Source: an uncultured Sphingomonadales bacterium
Lineage (GTDB): Bacteria; Pseudomonadota; Alphaproteobacteria; Sphingomonadales; Sphingomonadaceae
NCBI GenBank assembly: GCA_903923465.1
Contig: CAIXXP010000004.1
Span: 140 to 64,139, forward strand
Direction of reading: 5' to 3'
DNA length: 64,000 nucleotides
Positions 47,949-57,887 of this stretch are shown one piece after another; positions within the stretch are counted from its first letter, which is position 1, and each line of letters begins with the position of its first letter. The translations under genes and the position numbers were made by a program. The notes beneath the pieces were generated by a model. That model worked only from the letters and a program-made list of their open reading frames with translations, was not told the DNA's origin and searched no databases.

Positions 47949-49469
47949 ATGGCCGAGATGGTGACCATCCGCGAGGAAGATCTGATCGAAAGCGTGGCCG
48001 ATGCCCTGCAATATATCAGCTATTACCACCCGATGGATTACATCCGCGCGCTGGGAGAGGCCTATAAGGCCGAGCAAGGCCCCGCCGCCCGCGACGCCAT
48101 CGCGCAAATCCTCACCAACAGCCGCATGTGCGCCGAAGGGCACCGCCCGCTGTGTCAGGATACCGGCATCGTCAACGTCTTCATCCAGTGGGGGCAGGAG
48201 TGCCGGCTGGAATCGACGCGCAGCCTACAGGACGTGGTGGATGACGGTGTGTGCCGCGCCTACCTCAACCCCGAGAACAAGCTGCGCGCCAGCGTGCTCG
48301 CCGACCCCGCCTTCACCCGCCGCAACACCAGGGACAACACCCCTTGCGTGCTGCATGTCGATCTGGTGCCGGGCCGCAAGATCACCGTTGACGTGGCGGC
48401 CAAGGGCGGCGGCAGCGAGAACAAGTCCAAGTTCAAGATGATGAACCCCAGCGATTCGATCGTCGATTGGGTGATCGAGATGCTGCCGCAGATGGGCGCC
48501 GGCTGGTGCCCGCCGGGCATGCTGGGCATCGGCATCGGCGGCACGGCCGAACATGCCGCCCTGCTGGCCAAGAAAAGCCTGATGGAGCCGATCGACATGG
48601 CCCAGCTGAAGGCGCGCGGGCCCCAGACCGACATCGAGGCGCTGCGCATCGAGATCTTCGACAAGGTCAATGCTCTCGGCATCGGCGCGCAGGGGCTGGG
48701 CGGCCTTGCCACCATCCTCGATGTGAAGATCTATGACTGGCCCTGCCACGCCGCCGGCAAGCCCGTCGCCATGATCCCCAACTGCGCCGCCACCCGCCAC
48801 GCGCATTTCACCCTGGACGGCAGCGGCCCGACCTATCTGGAAACGCCCAAACTGTCCGATTGGCCCGAGGTGCACTGGGCGCCCGACGCCGCCGCCAAGC
48901 GCGTCAACCTCGACACGCTGACCGCCGCCGAAGTGCAGGGCTGGAAGCAGGGTGACCGCCTGCTGCTGAACGGCAAGATGCTCACCGGCCGCGATGCCGC
49001 CCACAAGCGCATCAAGGACATGCTGGCCAAGGGTGAAGCGCTGCCGGTCGATTTCAAGGGCCGCGTCATCTACTACGTTGGCCCGGTAGACCCGGTGCGC
49101 GACGAGGTGGTCGGCCCCGCCGGCCCCACAACGGCCACCCGGATGGACAGCTTCTCCGACATGATGCTCGACCTCGGCCTGCTCGCCAGCGTCGGCAAAT
49201 CCGAGCGCGGCCCCGCCGCCACCAGGAGCATCGCCAACCACAAGAGCGCCTACCTCATGGCCGTGGGCGGCGCCGCCTATCTGGTCGCCCGCGCGATCAA
49301 GGCGGCCAAGGTCGTCGGTTTTGCGGATTTGGGCATGGAGGCGATCTACGAATTCACCGTGGAGGATATGCCCGTCACCGTCGCCGTGGATAGCGAGGGC
49401 GCCAACGTCCACACCCTCGCCCCGGCGGTGTGGAAGGAAAAGATCGCGGCGGAGCATTTGTTGGGGTGA
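47949..49469 (+). CDS. Class I (Fe-S) fumarate hydratase
   Basis: PLCQDTG, KGGGSENKS, CPPG, GRDAAHKR, GPTTATRMD. Confidence 0.95.
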   Translation: MAEMVTIREEDLIESVADALQYISYYHPMDYIRALGEAYKAEQGPAARDAIAQILTNSRMCAEGHRPLCQDTGIVNVFIQWGQECRLESTRSLQDVVDDGVCRAYLNPENKLRASVLADPAFTRRNTRDNTPCVLHVDLVPGRKITVDVAAKGGGSENKSKFKMMNPSDSIVDWVIEMLPQMGAGWCPPGMLGIGIGGTAEHAALLAKKSLMEPIDMAQLKARGPQTDIEALRIEIFDKVNALGIGAQGLGGLATILDVKIYDWPCHAAGKPVAMIPNCAATRHAHFTLDGSGPTYLETPKLSDWPEVHWAPDAAAKRVNLDTLTAAEVQGWKQGDRLLLNGKMLTGRDAAHKRIKDMLAKGEALPVDFKGRVIYYVGPVDPVRDEVVGPAGPTTATRMDSFSDMMLDLGLLASVGKSERGPAATRSIANHKSAYLMAVGGAAYLVARAIKAAKVVGFADLGMEAIYEFTVEDMPVTVAVDSEGANVHTLAPAVWKEKIAAEHLLG

Positions 49470-49498
49470 TTTTGGGGGTTCGGGTTTGAGGGGATAGG

Positions 49499-49686
49499 GC
49501 AGGGGGTGTTACACCCCCTGCACCCCCATAACGTCTTCCGGCGATAGGGCGGTGGGGCACCAGCGTTGCGAGCCACTCCCCGGCGCGCAGCGACATTAAA
49601 GCCTGCGGCGCGGCGAGCTGGCGCAAGGCCGAACCCCTGGCGCACCGCCGCCGAGTATTGGGAGCGCGAGGGCGATGGCCCTCGCA
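49499..49686 (+). repeat. Dual-hairpin element, copy 13 (B...D)
   Basis: GCAGGGGG-tgttaca-CCCCCTGC accccc ... aaagcctgcggcgcgg ... gggagcGCGAGGGC-gatg-GCCCTCGC. Confidence 0.92.
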
Positions 49687-49717
49687 TCTTCCCCTTAATC
49701 TCTCTAAACCCCGCCCT

Positions 49718-50464
49718 ATGGCCACCCTGTTCCACATCTCCGACATCCACTTCGGCTCCGAAGACAAAGCCGCGCTAAACTGGTTCGCGGAAGAAGTGGC
49801 CACCCACCGCCCCGACGCCATCATCTGCACCGGCGACCTCACCATGCGCGGCACGCCCCGTGAGTTTGCCGAGGCCGCCCGCTGGCTGGGCAGCCTTGCC
49901 GCGCCGGTGAGTGTGGAGCCGGGCAATCACGACATGCCCTATTACTGGGAGATGGTGACGCGGCTGCGGCATCCCTTTGCGCGCTATGCCAGGCTGGTTG
50001 AGGCGGTGCATCGCGATCTGGCGGTGGATGGCGTGGCGCTGGTGTCCTTGCCCACGGTGGCGCCGGCGCAATGGCGGCTGAACTGGTCGAAGGGCCGGGT
50101 GGATGGGGCGCAGCTGGAATCGGCGCTCGGGCATTTGGCGGACGCGCGGGGGGCGGGTCTGCGGCTGGTCGCGTGCCATCACCCGCTGGTGGATGCCGAC
50201 ACGCATGGCAAAGGCTCCACCCGGGGAGGGCGCGCGGCGCTCGCCCGGCTGGCGGCGGCGGGGGCCGATGCCGTGCTGTCGGGCCATGTCCACGACCCGT
50301 TCGATCTGATGGTCGATGCCGGGGCCCAAAGTGGTGGGCGGCCGATCCGGCTGATTGGCGCCGGCACCCTGTCTGATCGGTTGCGCGACACACCGCCGGG
50401 CTACAACCGGCTGGAGTGGTCGCCGGACAAGGGCTTGCGGGTGTCGGTCATCCATCAGGGCTGA
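49718..50464 (+). CDS. Calcineurin-like metallophosphoesterase
   Basis: SDIH, TGDL, GNHD, HHP, GHVH. Confidence 0.9.
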   Translation: MATLFHISDIHFGSEDKAALNWFAEEVATHRPDAIICTGDLTMRGTPREFAEAARWLGSLAAPVSVEPGNHDMPYYWEMVTRLRHPFARYARLVEAVHRDLAVDGVALVSLPTVAPAQWRLNWSKGRVDGAQLESALGHLADARGAGLRLVACHHPLVDADTHGKGSTRGGRAALARLAAAGADAVLSGHVHDPFDLMVDAGAQSGGRPIRLIGAGTLSDRLRDTPPGYNRLEWSPDKGLRVSVIHQG

Positions 50465-50476
50465 GGCGCAAGGAAA

Positions 50477-50510
50477 CGCCCGGCGGGTGAGGCCGGGCGC
50501 TCTCTTCTTG
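50477..50510. terminator. Hairpin terminator between convergent genes
   Basis: CGCCCGGC-gggtgag-GCCGGGCG then ctctcttctt. Confidence 0.55.
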
Positions 50511-50525
50511 CCGTGAATTGGCTGA

Positions 50526-51929
50526 TCAGGCGCCGTTCAGCACACCCATCAGCACCTTGTGGAAGTGGCGGATGCGGCTTTCCTGATAGCGCGCCAGCGT
50601 GAGCCCTTCGGGATCGCCGGGCCAGCTGTGCAGGCCGACCTGAACCTTGGGCATGTTGAAATCGTCCTGATCCAGCACCAGCCCCAGCGTGCCCACGGCC
50701 TTCTGGAAACTGTCCTCAGGGCCCAGCTCGATGATCGCCGGTGCTTCCGGCCGGGGCTCGGTGTCCGACACGCGGGAGGTCAGCCACACATCCATGTAGC
50801 AGGTGTCGGGCCGGTCGGCGTTCGGGCGGAAGATGTAGAGGATCGGGAAGCTTTCGCCGAACCAGGGCAGGAAGTTCGGGAACAGCCAGTATTCGATGCC
50901 GTCGAGAATCTCCGCGTCGCTCAGCGAGGAATGGTCGGCGCCGGTGGCTTCCTGCAGCTGCTTGCGCCGCCATTCGGCCAGGCTGGAGCGGTCGGTGATT
51001 TCCGGCGGCAGGCCGGTCAGCGCGTCGTGGCGGATGTCGTTGGCGATCGCCCAGGTGACGGCCAGCGCGTGCTCGCGCGTGCCGCCCTTGAAATATTGGC
51101 TGGGCACGCCAACCGGGTTCATCATGCGGCTGAAGTGGGCCGCGCCTTCGTCCCAATAATCCAGTTGCGCCGCGTGATCGGCCGACATCTCGATCAGCTC
51201 GGGGTGGGTGGCCATCACATGGTAGGATTCCATGAAGGCCTCCATCGCGATCTTCCAGTTCGCGTTGATGGTCTTGCGCACATGGAACAGGCCGCGGCGC
51301 TTCTCCAGCGGCCACCGCTCGAAATGCTGGGGCAGCGAGCCGAGGTGTTCGGACAGTTCGATGGCGTTCTTGTCGGGGTTGATGAAGACGAAGCCGGCCC
51401 ATGTGCCGACCTTCACCTCGCGCAGCGAGCAGGTTTCGGGTTTGATATCGGGGAAGTCCCAGGCGCCGGGATAGAAGATCAGCTCGCCCTCGATGTTCCA
51501 GCTCCACGCATGATAGCCGCAGCGGAACTTCGTGGCGCCCTTGCCGGGTTCGTCCACCAGCTGGCGGCCGCGATGCAGGCAGACGTTCCAGTAGGCCTTG
51601 AACGCGTCGGGCGCGGTGCGGACGATCAGGAACGACAGGTTGGCGACATTGTAGACGAAGTGATCGCCGACATTGGGGATCTCTTCCTCGCGACAGGTGG
51701 GCTGCCATGTGCGGCGCCACAGCTTTTCCACTTCGCGCCGATGGAATTCGTAGGAGGTGTAGCGGTCTGGATCCAATTTGCCGCCGCCGACAAATTCCGA
51801 GGACTCGTTCGTCAGTATCTCGGGCGGCTGGCGCTTGTCGTTCTTGATCGCGTCGCGCCATGTGGGTGACAGTTCGTTGCCGAAACCGCGCGGAAAATCA
51901 TTATAGTTTGATGATGAATAGTCTGCCAT
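50526..51929 (-). CDS. Rieske non-heme iron oxygenase alpha subunit
   Basis: CLH...CGYH Rieske motif; NWK...ESYHVMATH; C-terminal QD and E.RIRHFH. Confidence 0.92.
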   Translation of the reverse strand: MADYSSSNYNDFPRGFGNELSPTWRDAIKNDKRQPPEILTNESSEFVGGGKLDPDRYTSYEFHRREVEKLWRRTWQPTCREEEIPNVGDHFVYNVANLSFLIVRTAPDAFKAYWNVCLHRGRQLVDEPGKGATKFRCGYHAWSWNIEGELIFYPGAWDFPDIKPETCSLREVKVGTWAGFVFINPDKNAIELSEHLGSLPQHFERWPLEKRRGLFHVRKTINANWKIAMEAFMESYHVMATHPELIEMSADHAAQLDYWDEGAAHFSRMMNPVGVPSQYFKGGTREHALAVTWAIANDIRHDALTGLPPEITDRSSLAEWRRKQLQEATGADHSSLSDAEILDGIEYWLFPNFLPWFGESFPILYIFRPNADRPDTCYMDVWLTSRVSDTEPRPEAPAIIELGPEDSFQKAVGTLGLVLDQDDFNMPKVQVGLHSWPGDPEGLTLARYQESRIRHFHKVLMGVLNGA

Positions 51930-51973
51930 GTCCGCCTCTCGCATGTTTTTCGCACTTGTTAGTGCGCACCTAT

Positions 51974-51989
51974 TCTATTGAACAATAGA
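51974..51989. promoter_or_regulatory. Palindromic operator upstream of Rieske gene
   Basis: TCTATTG-aa-CAATAGA perfect inverted repeat in an AT-rich gap. Confidence 0.55.
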
Positions 51990-52180
51990 CATAGAGCCGA
52001 TTATTGCTGAATAGGTTATCTGCCAGATTCGGGCGGAAGAATTTGACCTGTATCAATCGCGAATTCATCACAAATGCGCAGAGAAAGCCGGGTGCGGGAA
52101 CATGGCGCCCCGCCCGGGCGCATAAAACAAGGCCCCCGGTTCCAAAGAACCGAGGGCCATGATTTTGCCGGGGTTGCCGC

Positions 52181-53005
52181 CTATTCGGCGAATTCGAACA
52201 GCATGCCGCGGTTGTGCTCCGCCGGCACGGCCAGCGTGCCCTCGGCGGTGCCGGCCACAACCGGCAGGCCCTTCGCCTCCAGGAAGCTGCGCACGCGGCC
52301 AAGATCGCGCGCGGCGAAAATCGTCGAGCGGATGCCATCGCCCCAGCGCGCCAGATGGGCGGTCAGTTCGCCCGGGCCGGTGGGCGAGAGCAACTCCACC
52401 ACCGTGTCGGCGATCTGCAACCCGGTGGCGCGGGCGGCCAGATGCGGCCGGTAGACCTCGTAAACCAGCTTCGCGCCCATCAGCGATTCGAGGAAAGCGC
52501 GGGCACCGGCGATATCATGCACCGCCCAGGTGATGCCCTTCAGCCCGGTCAGCCCCAGCGGATGCTCGTCGGCCCAGAAGGCGGCGCTTTGCATCTGCTT
52601 GCCGCCCAGCGCCTCATATTCCATGGTGTGGAACTCGTTCGCCCAGAACTCCAGCGAGACGCCGTAGCAATCGGCCGGGTGGCAATGCACCGCCTGCACG
52701 ATGTCACGGGCGATGCGCACATTGTGGTCGGCAAGGGCGGCGCGCGCCACATCCATGCTTTCCACCTGAAACTCGATGCCGAGATAATGCGGGCCATAGC
52801 GCGAGTTCAGCAGCCACATGCGCGGGGTGAACTGCTCGAAGATCACCCGGCCGATCTGGAACAGGCAGGCATAGGCATCTTCCTTGCCGACATGCAGCAG
52901 ATATTCGGCATCATAGGTGTTCTGGAAGAAGGCGAGGCTGCCCTCGTAATCCTCCATCACGCAATTGACGTGGTTGACCTGTTTGGCCTTGATCGTGTGC
53001 GTCAT
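52181..53005 (-). CDS. VOC/glyoxalase-family protein (two-domain)
   Basis: VNHVN...; VELLSP...GDGI; C-terminal GMLFEF. Confidence 0.7.
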   Translation of the reverse strand: MTHTIKAKQVNHVNCVMEDYEGSLAFFQNTYDAEYLLHVGKEDAYACLFQIGRVIFEQFTPRMWLLNSRYGPHYLGIEFQVESMDVARAALADHNVRIARDIVQAVHCHPADCYGVSLEFWANEFHTMEYEALGGKQMQSAAFWADEHPLGLTGLKGITWAVHDIAGARAFLESLMGAKLVYEVYRPHLAARATGLQIADTVVELLSPTGPGELTAHLARWGDGIRSTIFAARDLGRVRSFLEAKGLPVVAGTAEGTLAVPAEHNRGMLFEFAE

Positions 53006-53109
53006 GCTGTCCCTGCTCCCGGTTTTATGTGCGGCCCATTGCCATGCTGACCACCCCTCGCCGTCACCCCCGGCATGGCTGCGGGGAAACGGCGCGCGGG
53101 GCCGGCAGC

Positions 53110-53934
53110 CTATTGCGAGGACAGGATGTTGCGCACATGTTTTGCGCGCGTTTCCTCGGCCTCCTGGCCAGAATTGAGGTTCGAGAAGACCAGCCGCTCC
53201 AGCTGGCGGGCATTGGCCGATTCCAGATCATAGGCCATTTCCACCGCCATCTTGGTCGCCGCCGTCACCTCGGGCGGGAAGGCGGCCAGTTCGCGGCAGA
53301 ACGCCCAGACGTCTTCCTCGAAGGTGGCATCGGGGAAGATCTCGTGGGCCAGGCCCATCACCAGGGCGCGCTGGGCATCCACCTTGCGGTTGGCCAGCAG
53401 CATCCATTTGGCCCAGTGAATGCCGACAAGCCGCGTCAGCCGGCTGACCCCGCCCGACAACGGCGCCATCGCCATCTTCATTTCCGGGAACCAATAGCCC
53501 CCGCTCTCGGCCACCAGCCGGAAATCCGCCGAAAGCGACATTTCCAGACCGCCGCCCACGCACATGGCATGCGCCGCCACGACGATGGGCTTTTCGACAT
53601 ATTCCATCTCTTGCCACAGCGTCTGCATGCCGCCCATCTCGCGGCGGAACCAGCTGCGGGTGCTGAGGCCGCTTTTGCTGTCGGGAATTTCGCCGAAGCC
53701 ATTCAGGTCGGCGCCCGCCGAGAAGTAGCGGCCTTTGGCGCGGATCAGCATCACCCGCAGATCATCGCGCAGACGCAGGTCTTCCACCGCCTCGCGGATG
53801 ATGTCGAGCGTCTCCTGGTTCAGCGCGTTCAGCTTGTCGGGGCGATTGAGCACCAATTCGAGGATACCCTCGCGCTCCGAGCGCAGGACGGGCGGTTCGG
53901 CACCAGTGGCGTCGGGTGCGGGAGCGGTGGTCAT
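53110..53934 (-). CDS. Enoyl-CoA hydratase/isomerase
   Basis: LNRPDKLNAL, FSAGADL, CVGGGLE, FPE; RBS GGAGG. Confidence 0.9.
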   Translation of the reverse strand: MTTAPAPDATGAEPPVLRSEREGILELVLNRPDKLNALNQETLDIIREAVEDLRLRDDLRVMLIRAKGRYFSAGADLNGFGEIPDSKSGLSTRSWFRREMGGMQTLWQEMEYVEKPIVVAAHAMCVGGGLEMSLSADFRLVAESGGYWFPEMKMAMAPLSGGVSRLTRLVGIHWAKWMLLANRKVDAQRALVMGLAHEIFPDATFEEDVWAFCRELAAFPPEVTAATKMAVEMAYDLESANARQLERLVFSNLNSGQEAEETRAKHVRNILSSQ

Positions 53935-53950
53935 GCTGCTATTCCTCCGT

Positions 53951-56158
53951 TCAACGGTTGCGTGGTAGCCCGAGGGCCTTTTCACCGACCATGCTGCGCA
54001 GCACCTCGCTGGCGCCGGCATAGATGGTGCTGGCGCTGGAGCGGCGATGGTCGCGTTCGATTTGCCCGGCAGGGCCCGGGCGGCGCAAAATGGAATCGGG
54101 CGCCATCATGTCGAGCAGGTCGGTGGAATCGCGGTTGTAGGTTTCCACCGCGAAGACCTTCGACATCGGGCCATAGGCCTTGTCTTCCTTGCGCTCGGCC
54201 CGCACCCACAGGCTGCGGCGCGAGAGCAGGTCGCTGATGACGCCGTGCGTGGCGGTGCGGGCCAGCCGCGAGAGCACCAGCCGGTCCTCGATGGCCGGGG
54301 CATGGCCGAGGCGGGTGTTGCGCGCCCAATCCACCGCCTGTGCGAGCATATATTGCTGCACCGTCGTATAGGAGCCGCCGCCCTGTTCGAGGCTGAGCGC
54401 GCCAATCAACACCGCGCTGCCGCCATTCACCTCGCCCACGCGATAGCGATCCGGGATGCGCACATCGGCATAGAAGGTGGTGTTGGTGCGCTCGTCCTGG
54501 AAGGTATAGATCGGGCGGATCTCGATGCCGGGCGTGTTCACCGGCACCAGGAACATGGTGATGCCCTTGTGCTTGGGGGCATCGGGGTCGGTGCGGGTGA
54601 GCAGGAAGATGTAGCTGGCCAGCTCCGCGCCGCTGGTGAACATCTTCTGGCCGTTGATCACCCACTCGTCGCCATCTCGCACGGCGCGGGTGCGGGCGGC
54701 GAACACGTCGGAGCCCGAGCCCGGCTCGCTGTAGCCGAGGCTGCAGGTGGCCTCGCCATGCGCCAGCCTGGGCAGCACCTCGGCCTTGGTTTCCGGGTGG
54801 CCGAACCACTGGACCATATGGCCCACCATGTCGGTAACGCCCGTGCCCACGCGGCCCCAGCCGTGGCGTTCCCACACGTTGCTGGAGCAGGTATCGGCAT
54901 AGGGGTCGGCCCCGCGCCCGCCATATTCCTCGGGCCAGGAGGGGAACAGCAGCCGGGCCTCACCGAGCTTCTTGTGGAAATCCCAGTCGTGGCCCTCGAA
55001 GGAGAAATGGGCCTTGGCCCTGAGTTCGGGGGTGAGGTTGTCGGCGAAGAAGGCTTCGGTTTCGGCCTCCAGCGCCTCGGCGGCGGGGCCATAGCTGAAA
55101 TCGAGCGGGAAGGCGCCGGAATCCGGCAGCGAAGCGACCTCGCCCTGCCACAGGCGGCGGCCCACGGCGATCAGCGTTTCGTTCGGGTCGCCCGCCAGCA
55201 GGGCGCGGGCCTTGGTGCGGCGGTGATAGAGCTGCGCGTCATATTCCAGGCTGAGGCCATAGCCGCCGTGGGTGTGCAGCCCGGTCTCGCCCGCCTGCCC
55301 CGCGGTCTTGGCGGCCCACCAGAAGCTCATCGCCGCGGTGGCGCCGGCATCGGCCGCGCCTTCGGCAATGCGCGATGCGGCCCACCAGTTCAGCAGGCGC
55401 CCGCCATCGATATCGGAGATGAGATTGGCCAGCGGATGGGCAATGCCCTGATAGCCACCGATCGGCGCGCCAAACTGGATGCGCTCGCTGGCATAGGCCG
55501 CGGCCAGTTCCACCGCGCGCCGGGCCATGCCGTTCAGCTCGGCGGCGGTGAGCAGCTTCCATTCCTCCAGCGCGGCGGCGAAAGCGGCGCTGGCCTCGGG
55601 CCCTTGCGCCAGCACCGTGCCGCCGGAAAGCTGCCAGCGGGCAATCGGCAGATCGGCGAGGTTTTCGAGGAAATCCTCCTGCCGGCCGGAATTGAGCGCG
55701 ACAATCCGGTCGCCATCGCGCGCCAGCACGACATGGGCGACGGCGCCGCCGGGCACGATCTGCTCCGCGCGCTCGCCCGCATCGAACAGGGCGAGCGAGA
55801 TGATGGCGCTCTCGCCCGTCACCCGGGCCAATAGCGCCAGCGCCGCACCGTTGCCGGCCAATGCCAGCCGCGCCAGCAGCGCGCTGGTCACGATCGCCTC
55901 GATCAGCGGGGCGGAAGCCAGCGCCTTGCCCGCCTCTTCCGCGACAATCTGCGCGTCGAGCAGGCCAAAGCCGCCGCCGCCCTGCGCCTCTGGCACGCGC
56001 ATGACCAGCGCGCCCATCTCGGCCAGCTCCCGCCACAGAGCTGCATCGAAGCCCGAAGGCTCCGCCGCGCGCACCCGCACAGACGAGGATTCAACCTTGA
56101 ACAGGCGTTCAAAGCTATCTTTCAGCAGCAACTGGTCATCGGCGAGTTCGAGATTCAT
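53951..56158 (-). CDS. Fused two-domain acyl-CoA dehydrogenase (~735 aa)
   Basis: N-half ERIQFGAPIGGYQGIAH...HGGYG; C-half GYSEPGSGSD, NGQKMFTS, IYAGASEVLR. Confidence 0.9.
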   Translation of the reverse strand: MNLELADDQLLLKDSFERLFKVESSSVRVRAAEPSGFDAALWRELAEMGALVMRVPEAQGGGGFGLLDAQIVAEEAGKALASAPLIEAIVTSALLARLALAGNGAALALLARVTGESAIISLALFDAGERAEQIVPGGAVAHVVLARDGDRIVALNSGRQEDFLENLADLPIARWQLSGGTVLAQGPEASAAFAAALEEWKLLTAAELNGMARRAVELAAAYASERIQFGAPIGGYQGIAHPLANLISDIDGGRLLNWWAASRIAEGAADAGATAAMSFWWAAKTAGQAGETGLHTHGGYGLSLEYDAQLYHRRTKARALLAGDPNETLIAVGRRLWQGEVASLPDSGAFPLDFSYGPAAEALEAETEAFFADNLTPELRAKAHFSFEGHDWDFHKKLGEARLLFPSWPEEYGGRGADPYADTCSSNVWERHGWGRVGTGVTDMVGHMVQWFGHPETKAEVLPRLAHGEATCSLGYSEPGSGSDVFAARTRAVRDGDEWVINGQKMFTSGAELASYIFLLTRTDPDAPKHKGITMFLVPVNTPGIEIRPIYTFQDERTNTTFYADVRIPDRYRVGEVNGGSAVLIGALSLEQGGGSYTTVQQYMLAQAVDWARNTRLGHAPAIEDRLVLSRLARTATHGVISDLLSRRSLWVRAERKEDKAYGPMSKVFAVETYNRDSTDLLDMMAPDSILRRPGPAGQIERDHRRSSASTIYAGASEVLRSMVGEKALGLPRNR

Positions 56159-56210
56159 CGGGCTATCCTCCGGGTCGCGATTCTTGGGGATTTGTCGCGT
56201 TGGGTTGGGT

Positions 56211-57743
56211 TTATCGCATCGTCGGGATGACGAAACTTTGATCAATGACAGAATCGTGGGTCGACCAGCGCTGGGTCACGGTCTTGGTCTTGGTGAAGAA
56301 GCGGATCGAATCGGTGCCGTACTGGTTGAGGTCGCCGAAGGCCGAGCGCTTCCAGCCGCCAAAGCTGTGGTATGACACCGGCACCGGAATCGGCACATTG
56401 ATGCCGACCATGCCGGCCTGCACCTTGGCGGTGAATTCGCGCGCGGCGGTGCCGCTGCGGGTGAAGATCGCCGCGCCATTGCCATATTGGTGCTCGCTGG
56501 GCAGGGCGATGGCCTCCTCCAGCGTGTTCGCCCGCACGATCTGCAGCACCGGGCCGAAGATCTCTTCCTGATAGCTCCGCATCCTGGGCGTCACATGGTC
56601 GAACAGCGTGGGGGCGAGGAAGTAGCCATCCTCGTGGCCCTGCAGGCTGAAGCCCCGGCCATCGAGCACCAGCTCGGCGCCTTCTTCCACACCCATGCGG
56701 ATGTAGTCCTCGATGCGGGCCTTGTGCGCGGCGCCCACCACCGGGCCGTAATCGGCATCGGGATCGTGGCTGACGCCGACGCGCAGCTTGGCAATGGCGG
56801 TCAGCAGCGCCTCGCGCAGCCGCTCCGCCGTCTGCTGCCCCACGGGCACCACCACCGGCAGCGCCATGCAGCGCTCGCCCGCAGAGCCATAGGCCGCGCC
56901 GATGATGTCGGCCACCGCCTGGTCAAGGTCGGCATCCGGCATGACGATGCCGTGGTTCTTGGCGCCGCCCATGCACTGCATGCGCTTGCCGGCCGCCGCG
57001 CCGCGCTGATAGACATATTGCGCGATGTCCGACGAGCCGACGAAGCTCACCGCCTTGATATCGGCATGGTCGAGAATCGCATCGACGATCACCTTGTCGC
57101 CATGCACCACCTGCAGAATGCCATTGGGCAACCCGGCCTGCGTCGCCAGCTCGGCCAGCCGCACGGAAACCGAGGGGGTGCGTTCCGAAGGCTTCAGGAT
57201 GAAGGCGTTGCCGCAGGCGATGGCCGGCGCCAGCATCCACAGCGGGATCATCGCCGGGAAGTTGAACGGGGTGATGCCCGCCACCACGCCCAGCGGCTGG
57301 CGCAGCGAAAACACGTCGATGTCGGGGCCGACGGCCTCGCTGTGCTCGCCCTTCAGCAGGTGGGGAATGCCGCAGACGAATTCGATGACATCCAGCCCAC
57401 GCTGAATATCGCCCTTCGAATCGGCCACCACCTTGCCATGCTCGGCCGAGAGCAGTTCGGCCAGCGACTGTATTTCCGCCTCGATCAGCCGCTTGAACTC
57501 GAACATCACCCGGGCGCGGCGCTGGGGATTGAGCGCGGCCCACGTCGGCTGCGCGGCCTTCGCCTGCGCCACGGCCAGATCCAGCAGATCGGGCTCCGCC
57601 AGGCCGAGGCGGGCCTGAACCACGCCAAAGCTGGGGTTGAACACATCGCTGGCGCGCCCGCCATGTGCCGCAACGGTGCTGCCGCTCAGGTAATGCGGCA
57701 CTTGGCGCAGATCGCCCTGGGGCGCGTTGGGCTGGTTGGTCAC
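56211..57743 (-). CDS. mmsA: CoA-acylating (methyl)malonate-semialdehyde dehydrogenase
   Basis: AGITPFNFPAMIP, SFVGS, MGGAKNH, GSAGERCMA, GMVGINVPIPVP; RBS AGGAG. Confidence 0.92.
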   Translation of the reverse strand: MTNQPNAPQGDLRQVPHYLSGSTVAAHGGRASDVFNPSFGVVQARLGLAEPDLLDLAVAQAKAAQPTWAALNPQRRARVMFEFKRLIEAEIQSLAELLSAEHGKVVADSKGDIQRGLDVIEFVCGIPHLLKGEHSEAVGPDIDVFSLRQPLGVVAGITPFNFPAMIPLWMLAPAIACGNAFILKPSERTPSVSVRLAELATQAGLPNGILQVVHGDKVIVDAILDHADIKAVSFVGSSDIAQYVYQRGAAAGKRMQCMGGAKNHGIVMPDADLDQAVADIIGAAYGSAGERCMALPVVVPVGQQTAERLREALLTAIAKLRVGVSHDPDADYGPVVGAAHKARIEDYIRMGVEEGAELVLDGRGFSLQGHEDGYFLAPTLFDHVTPRMRSYQEEIFGPVLQIVRANTLEEAIALPSEHQYGNGAAIFTRSGTAAREFTAKVQAGMVGINVPIPVPVSYHSFGGWKRSAFGDLNQYGTDSIRFFTKTKTVTQRWSTHDSVIDQSFVIPTMR

Positions 57744-57887
57744 GTGATGGCTCCTGCAAGGTTGGGCGGAAACAGCCGGGCGAAGGCTGGAAGCGCCCCG
57801 GTGGTTTGGCCAGTGTTTTGGCAAACACCGACTACATGTGTATTGGTGTCAAATCCACAGCACTAATCGCACCGGGGGTGTGCAAAA

